Part shown: positions 1 to 13,914 of the stretch, piece after piece
How the letters are laid out: every line of letters begins with the position of its first letter
Numbering within the stretch: the first letter of the stretch is position 1
NCBI RefSeq assembly: GCF_009914755.1
Contig: NC_060939.1
DNA: 64,000 nt
Strand: one strand, 5' to 3'
From: the human T2T-CHM13v2.0 reference genome, Homo sapiens
Notes under the pieces: model-generated
What the model was told of the DNA's origin: nothing
The model's input: the letters and a program-made list of their open reading frames with translations, nothing else
Databases searched by the model: none
Position numbers and translations under genes: made by a program

Positions 1-100
1 TTAATTCCTTAGCATCAAAATTTGGTCCTCTAATCAAGTGTTTGTAACTGGACAAATTGGGTTAGTATGCCTAGTCTACTTTTCTTTTTTTTTTTTTTAA

Positions 101-427
<327 letters not shown>

Positions 428-469
428 TGAGCAGATCTATCGTTTTCTTCTTGGACTTTACCAGAAGCA

Positions 470-608
470 TTTTTTTTTTTAACTTTTCTGTAGAGACAGG
501 GTCTTTATATTTTTCCCAGGCTGGTTTTGAACTCTTGGCTTTAAGCAATCTTCCCACTTCAGCCTCCCAATGTGTTGGAATTACAAGCACGAGCCACCAT
601 GCCCAGCC
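470..608 (-). mobile_element. Alu left monomer (FLAM-like)
   Basis: poly-T then tgtagagacagggtc...gagccaccatgcccagcc. Confidence 0.8.
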
Positions 609-737
609 ACAGTCATTTTTCTGATTCACATCCTGACAGACATGAAATGGTTTTTTCTATCTGAGTGAGAACAAAACTGAAGCTTTTAATATTCACGAAC
701 TGAATGCTTTTGAATTTGATAATTATACCTATGATAG

Positions 738-1144
738 TGTGTTCGGTCATTTTTGCATGCTATAAATACAAATGGATAATTTATAAAGAAAACATGTTTA
801 ATTGGCTAATGGTTCTGCAGGCTTTACAAGAAGCGTAGTGTTGCCATCTGCTTCTGGTGAGGCCTCAGAAAGCTTACAATCATGGTGGAAGGCAACAGAA
901 AGCTAGCATGTCCCATAGTGAGAGTGGGAGCAAGAGAGACAGGAGGAGGTGCCACAGACTTTTAAACAACCAGATCTTGGGTGAACTCAGAGCAAGAATT
1001 CGCTCATCACCAAAGGGACGGTGCTAAGCTATTCACAAGGGATCCTCCCCCATGATCCAAACACCTCCCAGCAGGCCCTAATTTCAACACTGAGGATTCC
1101 ATTTCAACATGAGATTTGGAGGGGACAACATCCAAATCATATCA
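738..1144 (-). mobile_element. MaLR solo LTR (MST-type)
   Basis: ataatttataaagaaaa...gcttacaatcatggtggaaggc...catgagatttggaggggacaacatccaaatcatatca, the reverse complement of the tgatatggtttgg MST start. Confidence 0.85.
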
Positions 1145-1309
1145 GATAGGTGCCACAAATCCAATCAACCTCAGAGTCCTAAATATCTCTCAGATCCATC
1201 CACTTTTCACTGCCTCTGTCTTAATTTCTTGACGTATCAATAGCTGAGGATATCAATTCTATAGTCTTCTGCAATGCCCTAAGTGTTTCCTCCTTAGATT
1301 GAGGCAATC

Positions 1310-1527
1310 TTTCTTTCTTTTTTTCTTTTCCTTTCTTTTCTTTCTTTCTTTCTCTCTTTCTTTCATTCTCTCTCTCTCTCTCTCTTTCTTTCCTTCTTTC
1401 TTTCTTTTCCTTCCTTCCTTTCTTTCCTTCCTTCTTTCTTTCTTTTCCTTCCTTCCTTCTTTCTTTTCCTTCCTTCCTTCCTTTGTTTCTTTCTTTTTTT
1501 CTTCTTTCTTTCTTTTTTTTTCTTTCT
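1310..1527. repeat. Compound CT-rich microsatellite (TTTC/TTCC/TC), expanded tail of the adjacent Alu monomer
   Basis: ~220 bp almost purely pyrimidine; abuts an antisense FLAM. Confidence 0.95.
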
Positions 1528-1633
1528 GAGAGATGGGATCTCGCTCTGTTGACCAGGCTGGTCTTGAACTCCTGGCCTCAAGCGATCCTCTCATCTTGGC
1601 CTCCCAAAGTGCTGTGAGCCACTGCGCCCAGCC
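1528..1633 (-). mobile_element. Alu left monomer (FLAM-like)
   Basis: gagatgggatctcgctctgttgaccaggctgg...gagccactgcgcccagcc. Confidence 0.8.
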
Positions 1634-2058
1634 AAGACCCTTTCTAACCTACAGCTTATAGCAAAGGCTTCAGGTGAGCATGAGAGAAAAGCAGAAATAA
1701 CCTGCCGATGATAATACTGAATGCCTGATGCTAAATGAAAATGGAGAAGAGAAAAACTCTCTACTGGTATACAATATATAACTGTTTAAAAAGGATTTGG
1801 TCAATATTTTCCTCAAAGGAAAGAACATACTATGGATAGTGAAGACATTGAAAAATTATGCTAAGTGCATAATCTCTGAAACATGTTTATATTGGTACTA
1901 TTTACCTAAAAATTGAACTAGAAATGGTTGAACTTTAAATTTGACAGCTTTTCCCATGCAGTTCTTACAATAATGTTCTGCTACTTCAGAAATATGAAAT
2001 ATATCAGGCAATTTCAATTATTTTTACCATTCCTTTTTGAGTAAAGAATAAATCTAGT

Positions 2059-2130
2059 GGCAAGATCACGCCATTGCACTCTAGCCTGGCAATGGAGTGA
2101 GGCTCTATCTCACAAAAAAAAAAAAAAAAA
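2059..2130 (+). mobile_element. Alu 3' fragment
   Basis: caagatcacgccattgcactctagcctggc + poly-A; aaagaataaatct occurs on both sides. Confidence 0.8.
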
Positions 2131-2532
2131 GAATAAATCTTCATGATTTTTAGGGGCCTCTTGGGAAAACTCAAAAACAGTTAGGTCTAAAAGACATCTT
2201 GAATTTTTGAAAATATAATTTAGGGTTCGATCTTGGAAAAGCATAATCAAAAAGTTATCATAGCAGAATTTGTCACTTGATTAAGAAAAAATCATAGAAA
2301 TCTGAGAACAATGAATTATTTTAACTTGACTACCTATAAATCAAGGTTGGCACAGGAGTTGACACTAGAGAAAAGAAAAATATAGGGTGAAAAAAATCCT
2401 AAAAGATAACACAATTGTAAGGAACTTCAGCTTTTTCAGCATGAGTACTTTGTTTTTTGTTTTTGTTTTTAAGTACTGTAATCAAGGCCATGACAAAATC
2501 AGAAAACTTTTCTTGTGAGATATAAAATTGCA

Positions 2533-2850
<318 letters not shown>

Positions 2851-3589
2851 TTAAATTGAAGGTAAAAAAATAACCTGCCTGTGGTTAACAACAGACTGAA
2901 GGCTCTGAAACCAATTTATCATTTTAACATAAGGGAAAAAATAAATTATAATTTTGTATTAACCTAAACTTTAGGCAGTTAAAAACTTTACATTTTTACT
3001 TTATCTTAAATTTCTACTCGTAAAACTCATAAAAATTGGGCAAAACTTACTAACAGTTGTAATAAATTTTATTGCTTCTTTTCAGGCTCATTATCTGTAG
3101 TTATGATAAACCAAGGCAAATAAAGTTCACTGTTTGCATGACTTTAATTTTCCTCACCATCCAAGTTTCATCCTTTACTATCTTCTTTAACATTCTACAC
3201 CAAACACTTTGCTTTAAATAATAGTGTTCTCTTCATACTTCTCTGTCACACTGCACCTGCAATAATCTCTACCACTTGTATTATTTAGAACTGTAATCAA
3301 AGAAGCTACTTTTACTTCATGGAAACTACTAAGAAGTGGCAATTGAGAACTATTTGTTACATATAAGAAGCATTTAGTAGCCCAGAAAAGCTCATAAGTT
3401 CACATAATGCAACCTCATATGTCCACACACATCCCTTTCACACATTGAAGTGGAAAAAATTAACACGCTCATTAGTAAGACTCAAAGAACCACTCTATAA
3501 CTTATAAAAATAAAATCCAAAAGCATGTGTACGAAATAACAACTGAGATTGGTCTGGGGATTCTATATTACTTAGAAATTATCAAAGCA

Positions 3590-3916
<327 letters not shown>

Positions 3917-5489
3917 TTATGACTTAATTGAATATAGTTCAGAATCTTAAAGTGAATGTTTGGCTCCCACTTATCAGTGAGAACATGTGGTATTTGGTTT
4001 TCTGTACCTATGTTAACTCGCTTAGGATAATGATTTCCAACCCCACCCATGTTGCTACAAAGGACACGATCTTGTCCTTTTTTATGGCTGCATAATGTTC
4101 CATGGTATATATGGACCACTTTTTCTTTATCCAGTCTACCATTGATGGGCATTTAGGTTGATTCCATGTCTTTGCTATTGTGAATAGTACTGCAATGAAC
4201 ATATGCATGCATGTGTCTTTATGCATGTGTCTTTATGATCTTGGCAGAATGATTTATATTCCTCTGAGTATATACCCAGTAATGGGATTGCTGGGTCAAA
4301 TGGTAGCTCTATTTTAAGTTCCTTAAGAAATCTCCAGACTGCTTTCCACAGTGGCTGAACTAATTTACATTCCCACCAACAGTGTATAAGCATTTGCTTT
4401 TCTCCACAACCTCACCAGCATCTGTTATTTTTTGACTTTTTATTAGTAGCCATTCTGACTAGTGTGAGATGGTTATCTCATTGTGGTTTTGATTTGCATT
4501 TCTCTAATCATTAGTGATATTGAGCATTTATTCATATGCTTATTGGTGTGTATGTCTTCTTTTGAGAAGTATCTGTTCATGTCCTTTGCCATTTTTTTAA
4601 TGGGGTCATTTGATTTTTGCTTGTTGATCTAAGTTCTTTATAGATGCTGAATATTAGACTTTTGTCAGATGCATAGTTTGCAAAGATTTTCTTCCATTCT
4701 CTAGGTTGCCTGTTAACTCTGTTGATAGTTTCTTTTGCTGTGTAGAAGCTCTTTAGTTTAATTAGGTCCCTATTGTCAGTCTTTGCTTTTGTTGCAATTG
4801 CTTTTGGAATTCTCATCATGAAGTCTTTGTCAGGTCTGATGCCCAGAAGAGTATTTCCTAGGTTTTCTTCTAGGGTTTTTATACTTTTAGGTTTTACACT
4901 TCAGTCTTTAATCCATGTTGAGTTCATTTTTGTACATGGTGAAACATAGGGTTCCAGTTTCAACATTCTGTATATGGCTAGCCAGTTATCCTAGCACCAT
5001 TTTTTGACTAGTGAGTTCTTTTCCCACTGCTTGTTAGCATCAGCTTTGCTGAAGATCATATGGTTGCAGATGCGTGACTTTATCTGTGGGTCCTCTAACT
5101 TGTTCCATTGCTTTATATGTCTGTTTCTGTACTAGCACCATCCTGTTTTTGTTACGGAAGCCTTGTAGTATAGTTTGAAGTCAGGTAGTGTGATGTCTCT
5201 GGCTTTGTTCTTTTTGCTTAGGATTGCTTTGGCTATACAGGCTCTTTTTTGGTTCCAAATGAATCTTAAAATAGTTTTTTTCTAATTCTGTGGAAAATGT
5301 GAGGAGTTTGATAGGAACAGCATCGAATCTGTAAATTGCTTTGAGCAGTATGACCATTTTAACAATATTGATTCTTCCTGTCCATGAGCATGGGATGTTT
5401 TTCCGTTTGTTTGTTTTGTCTCTGATTTCTTTCAGCACTGTTTTGTAATTCTCATTATAGAAATCTTTCACTTCCCTGGTTAGATGTAT

Positions 5490-5847
5490 TGATATGGTTT
5501 GGCTGTGTCCCCACCCAAATCTCATCTTGAATTCCCACGTGTTGTGAGAGGGACCTGGAGGGAGGTAATTGAATCATGGGGGCAGGTATTTTCCATGCTG
5601 TTCTCATGAGAGAGAGTAAGTCTCACGAGATCTGATGATTATAAAAACAGGAGTTTCCATGCACAAGTGCTCCTCTCTTTGCCTGCCACCATCCACGTAA
5701 GATGTGACTTGCTCCTCCTTGCTTTCTACCGTGATTGTGAGCTTTCCCCAGCCACATGGAACTCTAAGTCCAATTAAACCTCTTTCTTTTGCAAATTGCC
5801 CAGTCTCAGGTATGTCTTTATCAGCAGCATGAAAACGGACTAATACA
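5490..5847 (+). mobile_element. THE1 solo LTR inserted in L1
   Basis: tgatatggtttggctgtgtccccacc...gactaataca; 5-bp TSD TGTAT at 5485-5489 and 5848-5852. Confidence 0.95.
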
Positions 5848-7258
5848 TGTATTCCTAGGTGTTTTATTCTTTTTGTGGTTATTGTGAATGAGATTTTTTT
5901 TTTTAATTTGGCTCTCAGCTGGGACATTATTGGTGTGTAGAAATGCTCCTGAATTTTGTACATCGATTTTTTTTATCCTGAAACTTTGCTGAAGTTGTTT
6001 ATCAGATCTGGGAGACTTTGAGGTTGTTTATCAGATTAGGAGATTTTGGGCAGAGACTGTAGGGTTTTCTAGGTATAGAATCATATTTTCTGTGAAGAGA
6101 GATAGTTTAGCTTCCTCTCTTCTTATTTTGATGTCTTTTATTTCTTTCTCTTGCCTGATTGCTCTATCTAGGAGCTCCAGTACTGTACTGAATAGGAGTG
6201 ATAAGAGCAGGCATCCTTGTCTTGTTCCAGTTCTCAAGGGGAATACTTACAGCTTTTGCCCATTCAATATGATGTTGACTGTGGGTTTGTCATAGATGGC
6301 TCTTATTATTTTGAGGAATGTATCTTCAACGCCTGGTTTGTTGAGGGTTTTTAACATGAAAGTGTGTTGAGTTTTACTGAATGCCTTTTCTTCTTTATTG
6401 AGATGGTCATTTAGTTTTGTTTTTAGTTCTGTTTATGTGATAAATCACATTTATTAATTTACCTGTGTTGAACCAACCTTGCATCCCAGGGAAAAAGCCT
6501 ACTTGGTTGTGGTGGATTCGCTTTTTGATATGCTACTGGACTTGGTTTGTTAGTATTTTGTAGAAGATTTTTGCACCTATCTTTACCAGAGATATTGACC
6601 TAAAGTTCTCCTTTTTGTTGTGTCTCTGCCAGGTTTTTGTATCACAATGATGCTGGCCTCATAGAATGAGTTAGGAAGGATACCCTCCTCCTCAATTTTT
6701 TGGAATAGTTTCAGTAGGATTGGTACCAGCTCTGCTTTATACATTTCGTAGAATGCAGTTGTGAATCCATGTGGTCCAGGGTCGGGTAGGATTTTCATTA
6801 CTGATTCAGTTTCAGAACTCATTATTGATCTTTTTGGGGTTTCAATTTCTTTCTGGTTTAATCTTTGGAGGTTGTATGTTTCCTGGAATTTACCCATTTG
6901 CTGTAGGTTTTCTAGCTTGTGTGCATAGAGATGTTCATAATAGTTTCTGATGGTTTTTGTATTTCTATGGGGTTGGTGTTCATGTCCTCTTTGTCATTTC
7001 TGATTGCGTTTATTTGGATCTTCTCTCTTTTTTTATTAGTTTAGCTAACAGTCTATCAATCTTATTCTTTCGGAAAAGCAGCTTTTGGTTTTGTTGATCT
7101 TTTGTATGGCTTTTCTCATCTCCATTTTGTTCAGTTCAGCTCTGCTTTTGATTATTTCTTTTCTTCTGCCAGCGTTGGGGCTGGCTTTGTGTTTTTCTTC
7201 TAGTTTCTCTAGGTGTAAAGTTAGGTTGTTAATTTGAGATCTTTCTCACTTATTTAAT

Positions 7259-7676
<418 letters not shown>

Positions 7677-10600
7677 TAAACTTTCCTCTTAACATTGCTT
7701 TAGCTATGTCCTAGAGATTCTGGTATTTTGTATCTTCATTTTCATTCATTTCAAATAATTTCTTAGTTTCTGCCTTAATTTTATTGTTTACCCAAAAGTC
7801 ATTCCAGAGCAGATTATTTAATTTCCATTTAATTGTGTGGTTTTGAGAGATCTTCTTGGTAAATAAATAATAATAGAAATAAAATAATAGAAATAAAAAT
7901 TTCTATTTTTATTGCATGGTGGTCTGAGAATGTGGTTGGTATGATTTTTTTTTATTTAGTTGAGAATTGCTTCATGGCTCAGCATGTGGTCAATTTCAGA
8001 GTGTATGCCATGTGCAGATGAGAAGAATGTATATTCTGCTTTTGTTGGGTGAAGTGTTCTGTAGATGTCTGTTAGGTCTATTTGGTCAAGTGTCAAGTTT
8101 AGATCCCAAATATCTTTGTCAGTTATTCTGCCTCAGTGATCTGTCCAATACTGTCAGTGGGCATTGAAGTCTTTCACTATTATTGTGTGGTTATCTAAGT
8201 CTCTTTGTAAGTCTGTAAGAAGTTGTCTTATGAATCTAGTGCTCCAGTGTTCGGTTAATATATATTTAGTCTAGTTAAATCTTCTTGTTGAACTGAGCTC
8301 TTTATCACTGTGTAATGCCTTCTTTGTCCTTTTTGATCATTCTTCATTTAAAGTCTGTTTTGTCTGAAATAAGAATTGCAGCTCCTACTCTTTTGTTTTC
8401 TGTTTACTTGAGAGATCTTTCTTCATCCCTTTACTTTGAGCCTGTGGGTGTCCTTGCATGTGAGATGGGTCTCTTGATGATAGCATACCACTGGGTCTTG
8501 CTTCTTTATCCAGCTTGCCACTCCATGCCCTTTAAGTGGGATTTTTAGCCCCTTTACATTCAAAGTTAGTATTGATGTGTGCTGATTTGATCACATCATT
8601 GTATTGTTAGGTGGTTGTTATGTAGACTTGAAGACTTGATTGCATATTTGCTTTAGTTTCAATGGTCAATATGCTTGAGTGTCTTTTTGTGGTGGTCAGT
8701 AATGGTCTTTCATTTCCCTGTTTAGCACTCCCTTAAAAACCTCTCGTAAGGCAAGTCTGGTGGTAATGAATTCCCTTAGCATTTGCTTGTCTGAAAAGGA
8801 TTTTATTTCTCCTTCACTTATGAAGCTTCATTTGGCTGGATATGAAATTCTTGGTTGGAATTTCTTTTCTTTAAGGATGCTGACTATTAGCCCCAAGTTT
8901 TTCTGGCTTGTAGGATTTCTGTTGAAAGGTCCATTGTTAGCCTGATGGGGTTCCCTTTGTTGGTGACTTGCCCCTTCTCTCTAGCTGCCTTTAACATTTT
9001 TTCTTTCATGTTGACCTTGAAGAATCTAATGACTATGTGTCTTCAGGGTGATAGCCTTGAATAGTACCTTGCAGGGCTTCTCTAAATTTCCTGAATTTGA
9101 ATGTCAACCTTTCTAGTAAGGTTGGGGAAATTTTCATGGTTAATATTCCCAAATATGTTTTCCAAGCTGCTTTCTCTCTCTTCTTCTCTTTCAGGGATGT
9201 CAATGGGTCATTGATTTGGTCTCTTTACATAATCCCATATTACTCAGAGGTTTTGCTTATTCAAAAAAATTCCTTATTTTTGTCTGATTGAATAATTTGA
9301 AGAACTGATTGTCAAGCTCTGAGATTGTTTCTTCAGCTTGGTTTATTATACTGTTAATACTTCTGATTGTATTATAAGATTCTTGTAGTGAGTTTTTCAG
9401 CTCTATCAGCTCAGTTTGGTTCCCTATATGGCTATTTCATCTTTCATCTCTTGAATCATTTTACTGGATTTCTTAGATTCCTTGGAATGGATTTCAGCTC
9501 TCTACTGAATCTCAATGATCTTCATTGCCATCCAGATTCTGAATTCTATGTCTGTCATTTCAGCCATTTCATTCTGGTTAAGAACTATTGCTGGGGAGCT
9601 AGCGCAGTCATTTGGAGGTAAGCAAACGCTATGGCTTTTAGAGTTGCCTGAGTTCTTGTACTGGTTCTTTCTCATCTGTGTGCTGATGTTCCTTAACTGT
9701 GGTGTAATTTCAATATAGCCAGTTGGATTTGTTTCTGGATGTTTTCAGAGGGCTGAGGCTTTGTGCAGGGTGTTTATTTGGGGCTGGATTTTTGTCCTTG
9801 GTTTCACAGGGTCTACTAACAGAAGTATTTTTGATGTTGAAGTTTGAGCTGTGATCCAGTAGATGGCGCTAACCATAGGGCCGGTAGCTCTTAGCCACGT
9901 GGCTCCTCTTTCATTTCCTCACATACGCAGCCATGCTCCCTGTCAGTGCTCTCTGAATGTGGGCTCCTCTTCCACTTGAGTGCTGGCCACAGATCTCGGC
10001 TTGGCACTCCAGGCCTGCACAACACAGCTTTGTGGCAAGCTCAGGCTTTTTGTTCCCTCCCCAGCTTGGGGGCAGCAGGGGCAGGAACCTTGGCAGTGGC
10101 AATGGTAGAGGGCCTTTCACTCGTCTCTTGGGTCTCTGCCCCAGAGAAACGCAGGGCCACTGCCAATCAGAACAATCAGCCCAAGGTGAGGAGGCTGCAC
10201 TGTGGGCTCAAGTCTGGGATCCCTGCTTGGTGAATAGCAGGGGGATGGAGGGCCCATGGGGAAGAGTCTGACTTCTTCTCTGCAGGGCGGCTATGGCGTG
10301 CTGGAGGTGTGAGTAAAGCACTCAGGCTATTTTTTCCTTCCCCAGCCTGATGGCAGGAAGGGCAGATACTGCTACAGTAACAGAGGGGCTGTCAGTTGCC
10401 TGCAGAAGCTCCACCCTAGAAAAACACAAACCTACTGCAGGCTGTGCTACAGGCCCAAGCTGGGGGCCCTACCTGGTGAAAAGCAGTGGGTTGAGGGATT
10501 ATAGGAAAGAGAGACTGGGCTCCTCCACATATGGGAGCTGCCAGCAAAGCAATTAGGCTCTTTGTTCCTTCCCCAGCCAGAGGGCAGCAAAGGTGGGTAC

Positions 10601-10769
10601 CACTGCAGTGGCAATGGCAGACAGCCTGTGGATGGTCTCTGGGATTTCCTCCTCAGAGAAATGCAGAGCTGCAACGGATTGAAGTGATCAGGCAGGGCCT
10701 GGGAAGCTGTGCTGGGGGCCCAGGTCTGGAGGCCCCTAATGTACTGTTGATATTAAAAACTTTGTCAGA

Positions 10770-11086
10770 GGCCAGGAGCAGTGGCTCATGCCTGCAATTC
10801 CAGCACTTTGGGAGGGTAAGGCCAGATAATTGCTTGAGGCCAGGAGTTTGAGACCAGCATGGGCATCAAAGTGAGACCCCCATCTTTACAAAACAAATAA
10901 ATTAGCCAGACATGGTGGCATGGACCTGTAGTCCTAGCTGCTCAGGAGGCTGAGATAGGATGATCACTTATACCCAGGAGTTTGAGGTTACGGTGAGCTG
11001 TGATAGCACCACTGTGCTCCAGCCTGGGCAACAGAGCGAGACCTGTCTCTAAGAAGAAAACAAACCAAAACAAACAAATAACAAAA
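10770..11086 (+). mobile_element. Alu (AluJ-like)
   Basis: dimeric Alu; flanks aaaa(c/g)tttgtcaga form a TSD. Confidence 0.9.
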
Positions 11087-11229
11087 AAAAGTTTGTCAGA
11101 ATTATAAACCAATCCACTTAAACAAAATTATTCACTGTTCCTCATCCTAAATATTACGTAGGAATAATATTAGCTTATCAGATTAAATCTGTATAAGAAA
11201 TGTCAGAAATTCAAAGTAGCAATTCTCTT

Positions 11230-11965
11230 CGAAATGCAAATCAAACCCACAATGAGATAACATCTCACACCAGTAAGAATGGCTATTATTAAAAAGTCAA
11301 AAAATAATAGATGCTGGCAAGGTTGCAGAGAAAAGGGAACACTTATACACTGTTGGTGGGAATGTAACTTATTTCAGCCACTGTGGAAAGCAGTTTGGTG
11401 ATTTCTCAAAGAACACAAAGCAGAATCACCATTCAACCCAGCAATACCATTATTGTGTATATACCCAAAGGAATATAAATAATTCTACCATAATGACACA
11501 TGCACACATATGTCCATCACAGCACTATTCACAACAGCAAAGACATGGAATCAACCTAGATGCTCACGAATGGTGAACTGGATAAAGAAAATGTAGTACA
11601 TATACACCATGGATTACTACGCAGCCATAAAAAAGAACAAGATCATGTTTTTTGCAGCAACATGGATGGAGCTGAAGGCCATTATTCTAAGTGAACTAAC
11701 ACAGGAACAGAAAACCAAATACTGCATGTTCTCACTTACAAGTGGGAGCTAAACATTAAGTGCATATAGACACAATGAAGGAAACAAGAGACACTAGGGC
11801 CTGCTTAAGAGTGAAGGGCGGAAGGAAGGTGAGGATCAACAAACTACCCACCCGGCGCTATGCTTATTACCTGAGTGATAAAATAATCTGTATACCAAAT
11901 CTCCATGACACACAATTTACCTATACAGCAAACCTGCACATGTATTCCTGAACCTGAAAAAAAAG
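11230..11965 (+). mobile_element. LINE-1 3' end (old L1PA/L1PB)
   Basis: gaaatgcaaatcaaa...caagtgggagctaaac...aacctgcacatgtattcctgaacctgaaaaaaaa. Confidence 0.9.
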
Positions 11966-12086
11966 GAACAAAAACAAAATTACCTTTATGTAAACAATCC
12001 ATATTTTTAAAAAGAATAAAACTTGTATACTTGTATTTTTTCTTCACACTGATATAATCAGAAAAATATACGACTTTTTTGGTGTT

Positions 12087-12409
12087 TTTTTTTTTTTTTT
12101 TTTTTTTCTGGAAACAGTCTCACTCTGTCTCTCAGGCTGGACTGCAGTGGTGCAATCTTGGCTCACTGCAAACTCTGTCTCCCAGGTTCAAGCATTTCTC
12201 GTGCTTCAGCCTCCCCAGTAGTAGCTGGAATTAAAGGCATGTGCCACCACACCCAGCTAATGTTTTTTTGTTTTTTTGTTTTTTTGTTTTAGTAGAGACG
12301 GGGTGTCACCATGCTGGCCAGGCTGGTCTTGAACTCCTGGCCTCAAGAGACCCACCCAACTCAGTCCCCAAAGTGCTGAGAGTACAGGCATGAGCCACTA
12401 CACACGGCC
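12087..12409 (-). mobile_element. Alu (J/S)
   Basis: poly-T plus dimeric antisense Alu. Confidence 0.9.
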
Positions 12410-12659
12410 TGATACAGTTATTTTTTAAACCCAAATTATCAGTCTAGTTTAATTGCATGAACTTGATTTCTTGTTTTTTTTTTTTTTTTCTAAGTGCTTT
12501 TTTTTAAAGTGCTTTTGAGCTAGCAGCTTCTGTGAGAAGGACTTTTTTTTTTTAAGCAGGCTATCACATTTAAAGCATTAGACATTCAATTCATGTTGAG
12601 GAAATGTTGAGAATATTAGATTTATATAAGTGCTTTTCAGTTTCTCTAAAACGATTGTC

Positions 12660-12830
12660 ATTTTAAGCCAGATAATTGTTTTGTCATGCAGGGCGGCCCT
12701 GAGCATTGTGAGCTGTGTGGCAGCACACCAAATCTCTACCCATTAGATGCCAAAAGCACCCCCAAATTGTAACAGCCCAAAATGTCTCCAGACATTGCCT
12801 AACATCCCTGAGGAGAGAGTGGTGACATTG
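12660..12830. mobile_element. MER20 (hAT-Charlie) fragment
   Basis: ctctacccattagatgcc...caaaatgtctccagacattgcc matches the recalled MER20 core. Confidence 0.75.
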
Positions 12831-13096
12831 CTCCAAAACAATCATAACGGTACTCTTTAAAGAGTCTTCTAATTTATTTTACTTATACCCTCCCCCTCCA
12901 CCCCCGCTGAGGTAGGAATATATCTCAAACTCACACAACCAGAGGTAAAGACTTTTCCCACTAGATGCTCAAAAACACAAGGCTCTTGCAGCTTCAGTTC
13001 AGCAAATTAGCAACAGATCCTAAGCAATCAAAGGACACAAACTCACCTGTCTGTTATCCTTTTCAGTGGACTGACTAGTTTGTGCACAGAGTTAAA

Positions 13097-13183
13097 CCTG
13101 TGGAACTGTAAGTCCAATTAAAACTCTTTTTCTTCCCAGTCTCGGGTATGTCTTTATCAGCAGCGTGAAAATGGACTAATACA
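13097..13183 (+). mobile_element. THE1 LTR 3' fragment
   Basis: tggaactgtaagtccaattaaa...cagcagcgtgaaaatggactaataca. Confidence 0.85.
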
Positions 13184-13189
13184 GTTATC

Positions 13190-13570
13190 AAGTCTCTTCA
13201 GTTTTCTCCAATCTCAAAAAGCTCCTTAGTCTTTGAAAGAGTACAGGCCTTACCTTTTGTAGAGTGATCCTTGAGCTGGATGTTTCCTTATGATCACACT
13301 CAGGTCATGCATTCATGGCAGGAATATCATGGAAATGAAACTATGCCCTTGTAAGAGTATCAGCCATAGTACGGCCATATGCGGTTGACTGTTCCCACCA
13401 CTGGTAACATTGGTCATCACCTGTCATATTGGTGTCTGCCAAGTTTCTTCACTGTAAAGTCATAATTTTCTTCTTTGTAATTGATTAGTGTTTTGTGGGA
13501 GACAGATAATCTGCAATCACACCAATATCCTATTTCTTATTCTTCCTGCAACTAGTCTTAGCCTCCATTG
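13190..13570 (-). mobile_element. Ancient L1M (L1MC-like) 3' fragment
   Basis: gatgtttccttatgat...tggcaggaatatc...ctgccaagtttcttcactgtaaag resembles an L1MC 3' UTR. Confidence 0.55.
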
Positions 13571-13914
13571 ACATAAAGCTACTTATAGCATTTTCTACTT
13601 TATCTAAGATAATCATGTTTTTATTCCTAATATTGCTTGTTTGTATAATCTCTTTCTGTCCCATCTCTCTTATTACATGTTTATTAGTTTTTTGAAAGAC
13701 TAGTAAAAATAACCTTTATTTTTGTTGATCTTCTCCCATTTTTCATTTCATTAACTTTTGCTCTTACATTTGTTTCCATTCTTCTACTTGTTATTCTTCA
13801 AACTCTTGAGTTAAATCATAATTCATTTTTTTAAAAGCTCCTTGGTTTTTATAGGTTCATTTAAGACTGCAAATTGGCCTTCCAAATATTGTGAGAGCTG
13901 TATCTTAGAATTTT

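Noticed and set aside
1259-1594. K/E/R-rich and F/S/L-rich ORFs
   Set aside because: Translations of the CT microsatellite and Alu monomer.
4205-6048. Small tandem duplications inside L1 (14 bp at ~4207, ~29 bp at ~5991; similar ones at ~39978, ~47140, ~52693, ~61456)
   Set aside because: Common neutral microduplications in old repeats.
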